Program-made: the position numbers and the translations under genes
Assembly (NCBI RefSeq): GCF_000143415.4
Contig: NW_003314414.1
Span: forward strand, 215,626-279,625
Reading direction: 5' to 3'
Length of the DNA stretch: 64,000 nt
Source of the DNA: Selaginella moellendorffii
Taxonomy: Eukaryota > Plantae > Lycopodiophyta
Shown here: positions 1 through 12,002 of the stretch, piece by piece
Position numbering within the stretch: position 1 is the stretch's first letter
Layout: each line of letters begins with the position of its first letter
Notes under the pieces: generated by a model
The model's database searches: none
Seen by the model: only the letters and a program-made list of their open reading frames with translations
Told to the model about the DNA's origin: nothing

Positions 1-2716
1 TTGACCATCTGATCCCTTGGGGAGCTGGCTCTTGAACACTTCACCAAGTTATCCCATTTGTCTATCCGTATTCACTCTAGCCTTGGACTCTTTAATGGTT
101 ATATCATCACTCAACACATGGGTATAGCATTCCGTGGTCACATTAGTCTTTCCTGTTCCACTAGAGTCTAACCCCTACACACTTTCCCTATTATACTTTT
201 GGAACCTCCTACAACCCCTCCCCCCCCCAAGACTTCCCAGTGGTTATCTCATCACCCAACACTTGGGTGCAGCCTTCCTAGGCCAAATTGGCTCCACTAA
301 GGTCCAATTTAGCCTGGTGGAGCCCAGTGCAACCCCCCTTGTAATACTTTTGGAACCCCCTACAGCCTCCCCTCCCCCCCCGGGGGGATGATCGCTTTGG
401 GCTTTCACCCAATAGCCTGTATTAGTATTCAGACTTGGACTCGGACTTGGACTCAGTCTCGATCTCGGTTTCGAACTCAGACATGGTTTCGGACTTGGAC
501 TTGGTCTCGGAGACTCGGTCTCGGTCTCGGACTCCCTCTCGGGTTCGTCTCAAACTCCATCTTAGGTCCATCTCAAACTCCATCTCGGATTCCATCTTCG
601 GTCCATCTCGGACTTCATCTTGGTGTAAGCGACTAAATTTTCCATTCTACTTTAGTCACTTAACCACACCTCCAACCACTTGGAGGAGTCTCACTCACAA
701 CCTCTATAAGTCCTATTTTAGACTTGGGCTTGCTAGTCCCGAGAATGGCATCCCCGCCACTCAACATTTGCACTTGATCCAAGTGCTCCACGTGTCCGAT
801 CCCATGACCAACACCCCAAGGTACCACCGACATATCAGCCCGTTACGCTAAGGCCATGCCCCTTTACCTTGGTCCCACCGGTGGTCTAACACCACCTGCA
901 TCACAGTCCTATCTCTCAAGGACTGGGCCATCTGTCCATGAGTGATCATTCCAGATCCACTCCTTAGCATCCTTAGGATGCCCACAAACATGGGGAATAG
1001 CCTTCCCTAATATCCCTTTTCCGGTCTTCACCAAGTCCCATTCTACCCATAGCCGTGTTTGCCAACATTGCCACTAGATCGAGGCCCACAGGCCCGACCA
1101 CTAAGTCCCACGGTCCTTTGGGACTTCCTCACCACTTGACTGTATCCTTGGTCACTACACCAGAGGACTACTCCTCTTCCTTTCCACAGTCTGGACCTTC
1201 GGGACAACATTTCGGAACACCATGGCCCTACGCGGGCCTCATGGGTACTCTCCCCACCTTCCGCCTTTGGGTGCTCTAGCCATGGGCTTAGAGCAAGGTT
1301 CCGTTGAGCCACACCAGGTATCCAAGTAGGTAGTGCCACCCACACTTGGACTGGGAGCATCGGCTAGTCGATCTCCCGAGGGAACTAGAGCCGGCTCTTG
1401 AACACTTCACCAAGCTACCCCGCTTGTTGGTCCGTATTCACTCTAGTCTTGGACTTCCCAATGGTCAGTTCATCACCCAACACTAGGTATGGCCTTCCTG
1501 GGCCAAACTAGCCTTTCCTAGGCCAAACTAGCCCTTCTTGGCCAAATTGGCTCCATTAGGCTCCAACCCCCACACTCTCCCTACTATACTTTTGGAACCC
1601 CCCGCAGCCCGCCCCCCCCCCCCCCCCCCCCCTGGGGGACGATTGCTTTGGGCTTTCACCCAACTGCTTGTATTAGTATTCGAACTCGGACTCGGACTTG
1701 GTCTTGGTCTCGGATTCAGACTCGGTCCCATCTCGGACTCCATCTCGGACTCCATCTCGGGTCCATCTCGGACTCCATCTCGGACTCCATCTCGGGTCCA
1801 TCTCGGGTCCATCTCGAACTCCATCTCGGGTCCATCTCGGACTCCATCTTGGGTCCATCTCGGACTCCATCTCGGACTCCATATCGGACTCCACTTTGGG
1901 TCCATCTCGGACTCCATATCGGACTCTATCTCGGACTCCACTTCGGACTCCATATCGGACTCCATATCGGACTCCACTTCGGGTCCATCTCGGACTCCAC
2001 TTCAGGTCCATCTCGGACTCCAACTTGGGTCCACCTCGGACTCCATCTCAGACACTTCCACGTGTCATGTGTTGGTCCTTTTTGGGTCCCTTTTTGGAGC
2101 CTTGCTTATTGGTTGCCTCGTGCTTGCTCCTCGAGCACTTTGTTGGGAGTTCCACTCCCGCTCTCGACCTTCCAAGTCGGAGCTTTTAGTCCAAACGTGT
2201 TATGCTCATTTGGCTTTTGCTTCGGCCACTACCACGTGGCACCCTTTCCGGCTCCATTTTGGGGCCTAGGGATTTTGTGTCTCACACTTGGGTCCATCTC
2301 AGACTTCATCTTAGGTCCATCTCGAACTCCATCTCAGACTTCATCTTGGGTTCATCTCGGACTCCATCTCGGATTCCATCTCGGGTCCATCTTAAACTCC
2401 ATCTTAGACTCCATCTCAGACTCCATTTTGGGTCCATCTCAAACTCTATCTCGAACTCCATCTCGGTTAGCCTCTATCTCAACACTTCCATATATCATGG
2501 ATTAGTCCTCTTATCTCCCTTTTCTAGAGACTCACTTATTATTTGCTTTATGCTTGTTCCTCAAGCCCTTTGTTGAGAGTTCCACTTCTGCTCTCAACTT
2601 TTCAAGTTAGCACTTTTAGTCCAAGTATGTTATGCTTGTTTGGCTTTTGCTTCGGCCACTACCATGTGGCACCCTTTCGGCTCCTCTTTAGGGCTTAGGG
2701 ATTAGTGTCTCACAGT
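1..2716 (-). repeat. Tandemly rearranged copies of the internal domain of the Cassandra-like element (no LTR visible)
   Basis: About 626-2286 is the reverse complement of about 37590-38880. 1-625 and 2287-2716 are further partial, diverged copies of the same unit. No 5S-containing LTR or PBS is adjacent. Confidence 0.8.
1725..2050. repeat. 12-bp minisatellite (GGACTCCATCTC / GGGTCCATCTC)n
   Basis: Directly visible tandem array. Shorter versions occur at about 530-620, 2290-2465 and 37790-37845 (reverse strand). Confidence 0.9.
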
Positions 2717-3849
2717 TAACACCAGTACTATAGCTTTGTCTATGAGGAATATAAGTCCATTTTATAGTCTTCACTTTAGTTTTGACTAAGTGTTAATTAT
2801 GCATAGCTAGCCTCCTCAAGGCATGCTTAAAGCTATTAATTAAACGCATTAGTGAGCTTATTGTAGTTGAGTTGGATTCGAGGTATGTGCTTGTCCATGA
2901 ACTTTTATCTTGTACCTGGGGTATTACATTTATGTTGGATAAGTATATGACTTGATGATATGAGTTTAGTGTTTGGGTTTTATGAAAGCAAGTTAAAAGG
3001 TGGTTGTTAGTTGGTTTACGATTAGTGATTGCTTGTAGACTTTGTCGAGGACTTTTGACACTTGCTTCGCTCAATGAAAATTTATCAATGATAGGCTTGC
3101 TTTACTAGATGGTGTTATGGAGGATTGTGTCGTAGGTTTGTATGGTTTCTTTATGTTGGCATATCGACTTTATCTTTGTTAATATCATTTGGTTGTATTT
3201 AATTTATAGTGTTGGATTATATTGAGTTTTGGATGTGGTGATTCACTCCTTGATGATGTGTTATCTGTAATTGAGGATTGTTGAAGAATTCATTTTGAAT
3301 ACTAACTAAAGTATTTTTGACTTTGGTTAGCTTAGTTGCTAAAGAGTTTTGAATGGTGATTCACTCTTGCTTTCTTTTAGTTTTGTTCTGATGTTGATGG
3401 CATTGAAGTGATGCCTTGTCATTGACAATATTGATGTTGAGATTCGAATGAAATGAAATGTCTCTCCTTAATATTGATATTGAGTTTCATTAGTCTTGAT
3501 GAAGAGTGTTGATGATTTGGTTGTAGTTTTGTGTTATTGGCATTCGTGCATTTGCTAGTTAACAACTATGTTGACATTCAAATGTAGGATGGTTGATTCT
3601 TTCTTCAACAATAATTATACATCTCTTCATTGATGGGATGATTGATGATATTTTATGATAGTTAGTTGTTCTCTTTGATAACTTTTGTCTTTCCACAATA
3701 CATTCATCTTGTTAAACCACATTATAAAAATTTAGATTGATGATCTACTTTAGAATGGTGCTTGTTAGATAAAACTAAAAACTTAAATATTAAATACTTT
3801 TGCAGACTCATATTTTTCTTTCATTCAGGATTGTGGGATGAAAAGCAAA

Positions 3850-4613
3850 ATATTTTTCCATGATCTTCTCCTGCTTTTCTTCTCTCCTAAATTTAGTTGT
3901 CACTAGCTTAAATTCTTTTGCACATCTTTTGCTTTAGGATTTATAACTAGCTTGCTTTTGAGAAGATATAAATCCAAAAAGCTTATAAGGCTTCCTTTGA
4001 TCTCATCCATAAATGTATTTACTATCTCTCCAACATCAGCAAAATGTCCTTCAACTTTGGCCCCAATAAATAATAGGATTAATGTATTAAGTATTGGAGC
4101 AAATTTTTTGAGTTAGTTTGGTGGGAAATCCAATTCAACACCTAAAGAACTCTTCACTTGATGACTTTTAGCTCTCTGAGTATAAGTTCCTCTAGGCCAT
4201 TCATACAAGTAGTGAAGTCTGACATGTGTTCCCAGTATTTTACTGTAATTTTTCCACCTATTATTCTCATCAAGAATATATGGATACTTTGGGCAATCTA
4301 TCTCCAATTTCAATAATACCTGCAAACACCTTATATGGATTGCATTCATTTTATCCATGGTAGACTTGAGTTCATTCTTAAGCTTGTCAAGGCATACTTC
4401 AATATCATTAAGTTTTATATCCACCTTGTCAAAATAGTTCTCCATTTTATCAAACCTTTTATCCTAACATATCTGAGGATTGCATCAATATCTGAAACAA
4501 TTCTGTCGAGGCTTACTTCAATGTCATCAAGTTTCATATCCATCTTATCAAAACGGTTCTCCATTTCATCAAACCTCTTCTCAAAATATCTGAAGATTGC
4601 ATCAAATTCTAAG
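3850..4613 (-). pseudogene. 3' part of a decayed TORNADO1-like (Roc-COR family) gene; host of the TE nest
   Basis: Translation gives a coiled-coil stretch, then CPKYPYIL...VRLHYLYE...H, then LKKFAPILNTLILLFIGAKV, like the C-terminus of TRN1-like proteins. Frameshifts and stops are present. Confidence 0.5.
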
Positions 4614-7600
4614 AAGCTCTATTTCGTTAAAGTGGGAATTGTCATTATCCCACTTGTAAAATAAGGTTTCCAAACCTTTATATAGTATATAAATATAACA
4701 AAATTCAACTGCATTGAGGCACATGCCATTTTATTTTAAACAAGGAAATGTCTACTCAATCACTTCTCCTCCCCCTACCACTGCTTCACCTCTCTCTTCT
4801 CCTTGTCATCGTCGTCCAATTTCTTTCCATCCTTTTAATATTGGCTCAGTTGCTCTGAGTCTAGGTGGAGCCCAAGTCCCCATTCAATCTTTACTTTCCC
4901 CTTATTAATAAAACAACTTCGTAGACTTCCAATAACATGCTGTAACACTTCTAGTATAATGCAAATCCTCTCAAAGAATTGTCTTTTAATATTAATACAA
5001 TGGCATGGAACCCCATGCCATAATAAGTTACATTTTTAAATAAATACATGCCATCTCAGACTGTTATTTTTTGCCTCCAACGCCTATACAATAATCTTGG
5101 AATTTCATCACTCTCCACACTATCAGGATTTAAACCCAATAGTAATGCCATCTCTTCTCTAATACGTCCACGCTCATGTTCAGTGGTCGAAGAACCCATC
5201 CGGTTGAGCAGATTATGGAGATGCGGATAGTGCTTGGCTAGACAATATACATGCCATAAATGATGACTGGTGTCTGTCCGATCAAATGGCTTTTGATATA
5301 CCGTTTCATCTGCCATTTGGTTGATTTCTGCAGCCACCTCCTGGACTGGCCAGTTCTCTATCACCATCGCTCCAAGCCGTTCTGCAAGGTCCCCCAGAAC
5401 ATACAGTTTCTTCTCCCTAGTTTCCATACTGCAAGAGATGGGGTGCACTGCATATGTGTGCGTGTTCGCTGCAGTTTTAATCGGCGAGTCATCGATGATG
5501 AGGATTTCACTTGACCTAGCAGTCCGGTTCATCACTACAGCCTCTGCCTTGACGAAGATGGGCTTGCTACCCCTCACATGGACCATAGTCAAGCAATCCT
5601 CCTGCGTTAGGAGAAAGTCAAATGGTAATATTACTCGCGTCTGATCGTGCATCATCTGTAGCAACGTTAATGCATTGTGGCGCATCATGGATGTCCAAAC
5701 TCCCAATTGCAAATTGAACCCGGCCCTCTATTTTAAGTGTCGCATGGTCATTATTAGATCCCGCAGTTTCTCCCGTGTGATTAATGTGAATCTGTCTCTT
5801 TTGACCAACTTGCGACCGCAGGCTTTGGAGGGTGCAGTGACATTCGAGGACGAGCCACGCTCATGGGAGAAAAGGACACCGTTCAGATCAAAAACGATAC
5901 AGTACCTTCGCCGTGACTCTGAAATGAAATGCGTCAGCATAAAAAATGGTACAAGTCAATTTTACCATCTACAATATTAGCGAATGGTGCTCCCAATGGT
6001 CGTTCAAAGGGTTTTGGTCAAGGAAACATGAAGGGCGGAAATACTCTCCTCTGCAATGTGGGGTCAATCGCATCCGATGGCGTGTGGGCACATGCCATTT
6101 CAGCTGTAGACTTTGGTACAACTGGCTCAACAGTGGCATGGGGTGGTTCCGATGGCGTGTGATCACACGCCTCCGTTGGCAAAGTGGACATGACCAAACA
6201 GGCAGCAGGGGCGGTGTAGGGAGGTTCCAACAGCGCGTAGTCAGACGATTAGGCACACGTTGAGTCCGTTGGAAATGAGGATACGACCGGCTCGGTGGCT
6301 GGGGCGGCCTCATGCGGGTCCAATGGCGCCTGGTCACTGTCAGTTGGATACGTGGACAAGATTGACTCAGTGGTATGGGCAGCATCAAGTGGAGCGTGGT
6401 CAGTTTGCTTGGCGTTGATATGGATAGTAGCCTCCACCAGCTCTGATGACTCTTGCAGGCAAGTAGAGTCCACTGGCGGATCCATATGCATGTCCAAATA
6501 TCTCCCTTCGATTGAGATGGTATCCTCCCTACTGGCTACTAAAAACAAACTCATTAGCACATTGAATCGACTATACTGTATTTACCATCAACTGCTATTG
6601 AGGAACTAGGACCGATATCACTTGGGCACACTGCTGATTCTGAAGGATTGGACATACGTTTCGACCCTTGCTTGGCACTATCCTTCCTCGACACTAAAGG
6701 CTAGAGTTTGTATCTTAATTCAACTGAATAATCTCTACTTACCATTTGCTTTGCGACCTACATGGACAATGTTAGAAATGGTAAAAGGTTAGGAATGGAT
6801 GTACTATTATTTACCTGATGGTTTGTCTTGTATGACCTTCCTCCGCTGCTCTTTGGCCACCTCAGGCTGGCCATCATCGTCATCATCGTCGTCGTCGTTA
6901 TTGTGATCGTCACCATTGTGAGGACCATCCAAGTCCTCTTCGTCCTCCTCTTCTTCGTCCTCCTCTTCTTTGTCCTCCTCTTCGTCCTTCTGCTCTTCCT
7001 GCTCATTATCTTTCTCTGTCTCCTCATCCCCCTCCTGCATTTCTTCCATAGGCTGCTCAGGCTGGATGGCTTGTTCTTCCAGGACCATCTTGGGAAAATC
7101 ATTTGGCCGAGTCTCCATCTCAAAATACAAGACATCTATAGCCTGTTTTAGTGCGTGACCTAGGACCGTATCCTCACCCGACTGTCTTAACATGGTTTCT
7201 GCACGTTCTTGCACCCTTCGAAAACGACGAGATGAGAAAAACGTGGCCCTGACTTGAAAAACATCCCTCATCCATTGTAATGCTCTATTTCGTTAAAGTG
7301 GGATTTATTCAGTAAAATGGGACTAGGTACAAATTTTCAAGTATTTGAAAATGACTTGAAATTATATGTTTTTTGTCCAGGGGCTAGACATATCTAGGGC
7401 ATGGTGACTAGCGCGGTGACCTTATGTCCAGACTGAGTCCATCTAGTTGTATAATAAATCTCATTGTCAAGGTGAACAAGCCGAATCTGAAGCTAAAGAA
7501 GAGCGATGGCATGCGCGCACACACTATTTGTTTGTTCATTGAGCGTGTGGTGAGCTTTCCAAGATGAACATCATTCCTATTAGCCAGACATATAACTTAA

Positions 7601-7939
7601 TGGTGAGAACATTTAGATATTATTCAATGTTATCTTTTTCTAACGAATCTAATTGTGAAGGTGTAGCAAGAGGCATTGCTAGTCTGGAGAAGTCATTTAA
7701 CTCATTTGACCCTTAGTGTATTTTCATGAAACTAAATAACATTCATATTATTAAGGAATTTCTCTAGTACCTTTTTTTTACGACATAGAGGCTTGCATTT
7801 CTTTCAAAGGTGATTTAGTAAAAGGCCTGAGGGCACATGCCATTCTATTTCTCAGACCAGTATTAAGATATACTAGTGCAAAGGGAAAAAGGTATTTGGT
7901 GATCAAGTAAATGGCATGAGGGCACACGCCATTATAAGC

Positions 7940-8197
7940 CTAAGCGCTAGTGGACACCTCCTTTTTGGTACTCTCAGCGGTACTATCATCCTTCTCCGGG
8001 TCAGTTGTTTTGCTTTGGATTGTTGTCTCTGACGTTACTGGGGCGTTCTCGATAGTTGTTAATGTTGCCGTTTGTTCAGAAAAATGATCACCTGGAGTAT
8101 AGTACGGGGAGTTTGGAAGACTTATATATTCTACATCTTCACCTATCTCCTTCTCCATCTCCTTTTCTGCCTCACTTACAAATTTTGTGCTTGCCAT
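7940..8197 (-). CDS. Small SPYYTPG ORF (85 aa), copy in the nested element
   Basis: Near-identical to 22445-22702 and homologous to 34851-35096. Confidence 0.5.
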   Translation of the reverse strand: MASTKFVSEAEKEMEKEIGEDVEYISLPNSPYYTPGDHFSEQTATLTTIENAPVTSETTIQSKTTDPEKDDSTAESTKKEVSTSA

Positions 8198-8908
8198 GAG
8201 AACGCTCTTCACCCTAAAATATGGAGTTCGTTGTGTTATAAAAGGAAACCAACACACACGCTGCAAGGGAATGATGGTACATAAAGCACGTAAGCCCACA
8301 ATATGGGTTTATGTGCCATTAATATGGGCCACACGCCATATTATTAGATTTATGCACGTGTGATTGGTAAATGCATATGTCACATCATCTTTGTTTTACC
8401 TCACACACTATATCAGGCCTAATGAACCATATCACATGTGCGCACATGCTATATATATGGAGAAGTATTATGCAAGGATAGAAATTCAATGCATGATTGT
8501 GGAGAGCAATGGCATGAAGCCACATGCTAAATAACATTTTAGAGAAAGAATTAAAATAAAAACATGCAAACAGTACTAAGTGGACCAAGACTTAGAAGTG
8601 CACAATTGAATGAGGTATTTCTAATAAATACTTCACTCACCTCATATAGGAATGGCTACCACTCTCAAATGGCGTATCGCCTCATGCCATCACCTCGCAA
8701 TTTGTTATAACAATCCGATGAATTCATATTCGGCTTGTTCACCTTGAACTTTAAGTAAGATTTGCTAGAACAACTAAGAATTTATATTTGTTATTTGTAT
8801 CATCTCACCTAGGAATGGCGTAAGGCCACATGCCATCACGCCTCCTCTGATTCAGATTCGGATTGTTCACCTTGAAATAAAATACATTAGAAACTTAGTA
8901 AAGGAATA

Positions 8909-10403
8909 TTAATGAATCTCACCTTGAACCCGGGTTATGAATGCTCTTGCTGCATCTCTTGCATGGTCTGGCAAGGTGATGGTGGCACTCTGCTTCCGCA
9001 TCCAACCATGCACAACATTATCCACCGATATGCTCATGCTGGGATCCCTTGGATTCAGCACCCATCTCTTTTCTAGGCAATCGTTCGTATATCCGGAACT
9101 TGGCTTGAACCACTCCACAGTTACATTGAAGGAGTTAGTTTCCGCGTCCTCCTCTGCATCAGTGATGCAGCGCCCCACCCATATCATTTGTTTTTTATTA
9201 CTGGGTCTGACAAGCACGACCATTCCTTTGCAGACTTGTACTGGATTGAATGCTGAATCCGGCTTCTTGTTCCTCGGCCCACAATAGTGATCCTCAACAT
9301 CGTTATCTGTCACTGCATTTCCAGAGGACATTGTTCCGCTACTATCTGATGCTCTGGGTTCTGGCCAAAAGGACTCTTCCAATTCTTCATATACAACCGG
9401 CCCATTTTGGATAGCAGATATAATCTTCTCCCAGTATTCGAGCAAAGGCTTGCACCTCTGAAAATAGGATTCTCCACCAAACACCAACCCCCTCTTCCAG
9501 AAGGCAATATGCTGTCTAATCCCGGCCACTATACTTTCCTGGTCTTTGAGTCCATCCGGGTGCATCGGCCGTGGGGAACCCTGAGGAATCATAGGTTCCC
9601 CAGTTATGGGATCTCTCTTGAAGAGTTCAATGCCGTCCACTGGCAGCCACACTGTGTCCCATTCTCTCATCTTGTACCTCATCACTGGAGCACCGTCACA
9701 CATGCTGAAATGAAACTGAAGAGGCTTGGAGTGGCCAATCAGCGTTTCGGATCCGTCCCTGATGTAGCCTCTTACAAACCCTTTAAAGTCTGGAACCTCT
9801 GTCAGAAGTGCAGCTTCAACAGTGCCTTTGATGCAATTTTGGAATTCATCGTAGAGTTGTGGGAGGGTGAGGACATTGGATCGCCGGAGGGACTCTGCCA
9901 GGTGACTAAACATGGCATCGACGTCTTCATGAGTGTGCCCAACCATGAGAAAGCCAAGTGTAACCGTTTCAAATATGCCTTTGGCAACAAGCATCGCCAA
10001 GTACGCGAAGACGTACATGTTTTTGTTCTCACTGCCAGCATTGTCTGTTTGGAGCAGAAGATGGGGTGGAAGGCCACATCGGCCACAAGAACTTCCTTGA
10101 GATTCTGCTTCGTTTGGATGAAGCTGTGCATTCACCGGGCGACCAGCCTCGTCGGAATGGCATGAGGCCTCACGTGATAACCCTACAATCTGACGGCCAA
10201 CATATTCACTGGGATGGCATGGGGCCCCACGAGATACTGCAAGCCTTTGCTCCTCCTCCAGCTGAACCCTGTATGGGGTTCGATCGACAAGGGCCTTATG
10301 CAAGGGTTGGCCGTTCAGCTCAGTCTGCGCACTTTGCAGAGACCTTAAGTGTTTTGCTAGGGACGCAATCATCATGTTTGCACCCCCGCCACCCCATAGA
10401 GGT
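8909..10403 (-). pseudogene. 5'-truncated transposase (C-terminal ~490 aa, open frame)
   Basis: DNAGSENKN and GHTHEDVD motifs are present. It lacks the N-terminus and the first catalytic Asp, being cut at the deletion junction. Confidence 0.85.
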
Positions 10404-12002
10404 CCAATCCTTCAGAATCAGCAGTGCGCCCAAGTGATATCGGTCCTAGTTCCTCAATAGCAGTTGATGGTAAATACAGTATAGTCGATTCAATGTGCTA
10501 ATGAGTTTATTTTTAGTAGCACGGGAGGATACCATCTCAATCGAAGGGAGATATTTGGACATGCATATGGATCCGCCAGTGGACTCTACTTGCCTGCAAG
10601 AGTCATCAGAGCTGGTGGAGGCTACTATCCATATCAACGCCAAGCAAGCTGACCACGCTCCACTTGATGCTGCCCATACCACTGAGTCAATCTTGTCCAC
10701 GTATCCAACTGACGGTGACCAGGCGCCATTGGACCCGCATGAGGCCGCCCCAGCCGCCGAGCCGGTCGTATCCTCATTTCCAACGTGTGCCCAATCGTCT
10801 GACTACACGCCGTTGGAACCTCCCTACACCGCCCTTGCTGCCTGTTCGGTCATGTCCACTTTGCCAACGGAGGCACCAGCTGAAATGGCGTGTGATCACA
10901 CGCCATCGGAACCACCCCATGCCACTGTTAAGCCAGTTGTACCAGAGTCTACAGCTGAAATGGCATGTGCCCACACGCCATCGGATGCGATTGACCCCAC
11001 ATTGCAGAGGAGAGTATTTCCGCCCTTCACGTTTCCTCGACCAAAACCCTCTGAACGACCATCGGGAGCACCATTCGCTAATATTGTAGATGGTAAAATT
11101 GACTTGTACCATTTTTTATGCTGACGCATTTCATTTCAGAGTCACGGCGAAAGTACTGTATCGTTTTTGATCTGAACGGTGTCCTTTTCTCCCATGAGCG
11201 TGGCTCGTCCTCGAATGTCACTGCACCCTCCAAAGCCTGCGGTCGCAAGTTGGTCAAAAGAGACAGATTCATATTAATCACACGGGAGAAACTGCGGGAT
11301 CTAATAATGACCATGCGACACTTAAAACAGAGGGCCGGGTTCAATTTGCAATTGGGAGTTTGGACATCCATGATGCGCCACAATGCATTAACGTTGCTAC
11401 AGATGATGCACGATCAGACGCGAGTAATATTACCATTTGACTTTCTCCTAACGCAGGAGGATTGCTTGACTATGGTCCATGTGAGGGGTAGCAAGCCCAT
11501 CTTCGTCAAGGCAGAGGCTGTAGTGATGAACCGGACTGCTAGGTCAAGTGAAATCCTCATCATCGATGACTCGCCGATTAAAACTGCAGCGAACACGCAC
11601 ACATATGCAGTGCACCCCATCTCTTGCAGTATGGAAACTAGGGAGAAGAAACCGTATGTTCTGGGGGACCTTGCAAAACGGCTTGAAGCGATGGTGATAG
11701 AGAACCGGCCAGTCCAGGAGGTGGCTGCAAAAATCAACCAAATGGCAGATGAAACGGTATATCAGAAGCCATTTGATCGGACAGACACCAGTCATCATTT
11801 ATGGCATGTATATTGTCTAGCCAAGCACTATCCGCATCTCCATAATCTGCTCAACCGGATGGGTTCTTCGACCACTGAACATGAGCGTGGACGTATTAGA
11901 GAAGAGATGGCATTACTATTGGGTTTAAATCCTGATAGTGTGGAGAGTGATGAAATTCCAAGATTATTGTATAGGCGTTGGAGGCAAAAAATAACAGTCT
12001 GA
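10402..12002 (+). pseudogene. 3' fragment of the cargo gene with an intact FCP1-like phosphatase exon
   Basis: DLNGVL (from 11169), VWTS, TQEDC and IIDDSPIK motifs; intron at about 11093-11139. Promoter and 5' exons are deleted. Confidence 0.8.

Noticed and set aside
134-2576. Many overlapping ORFs (SISD/HLGL/PSRT repeats)
   Set aside because: They are translations of the stop-free 12-bp minisatellite in all frames, with no domain signal.
2720-3750. T/G-rich decayed sequence
   Set aside because: Probably an old mutated TE relic, but no motif or terminus could be identified.
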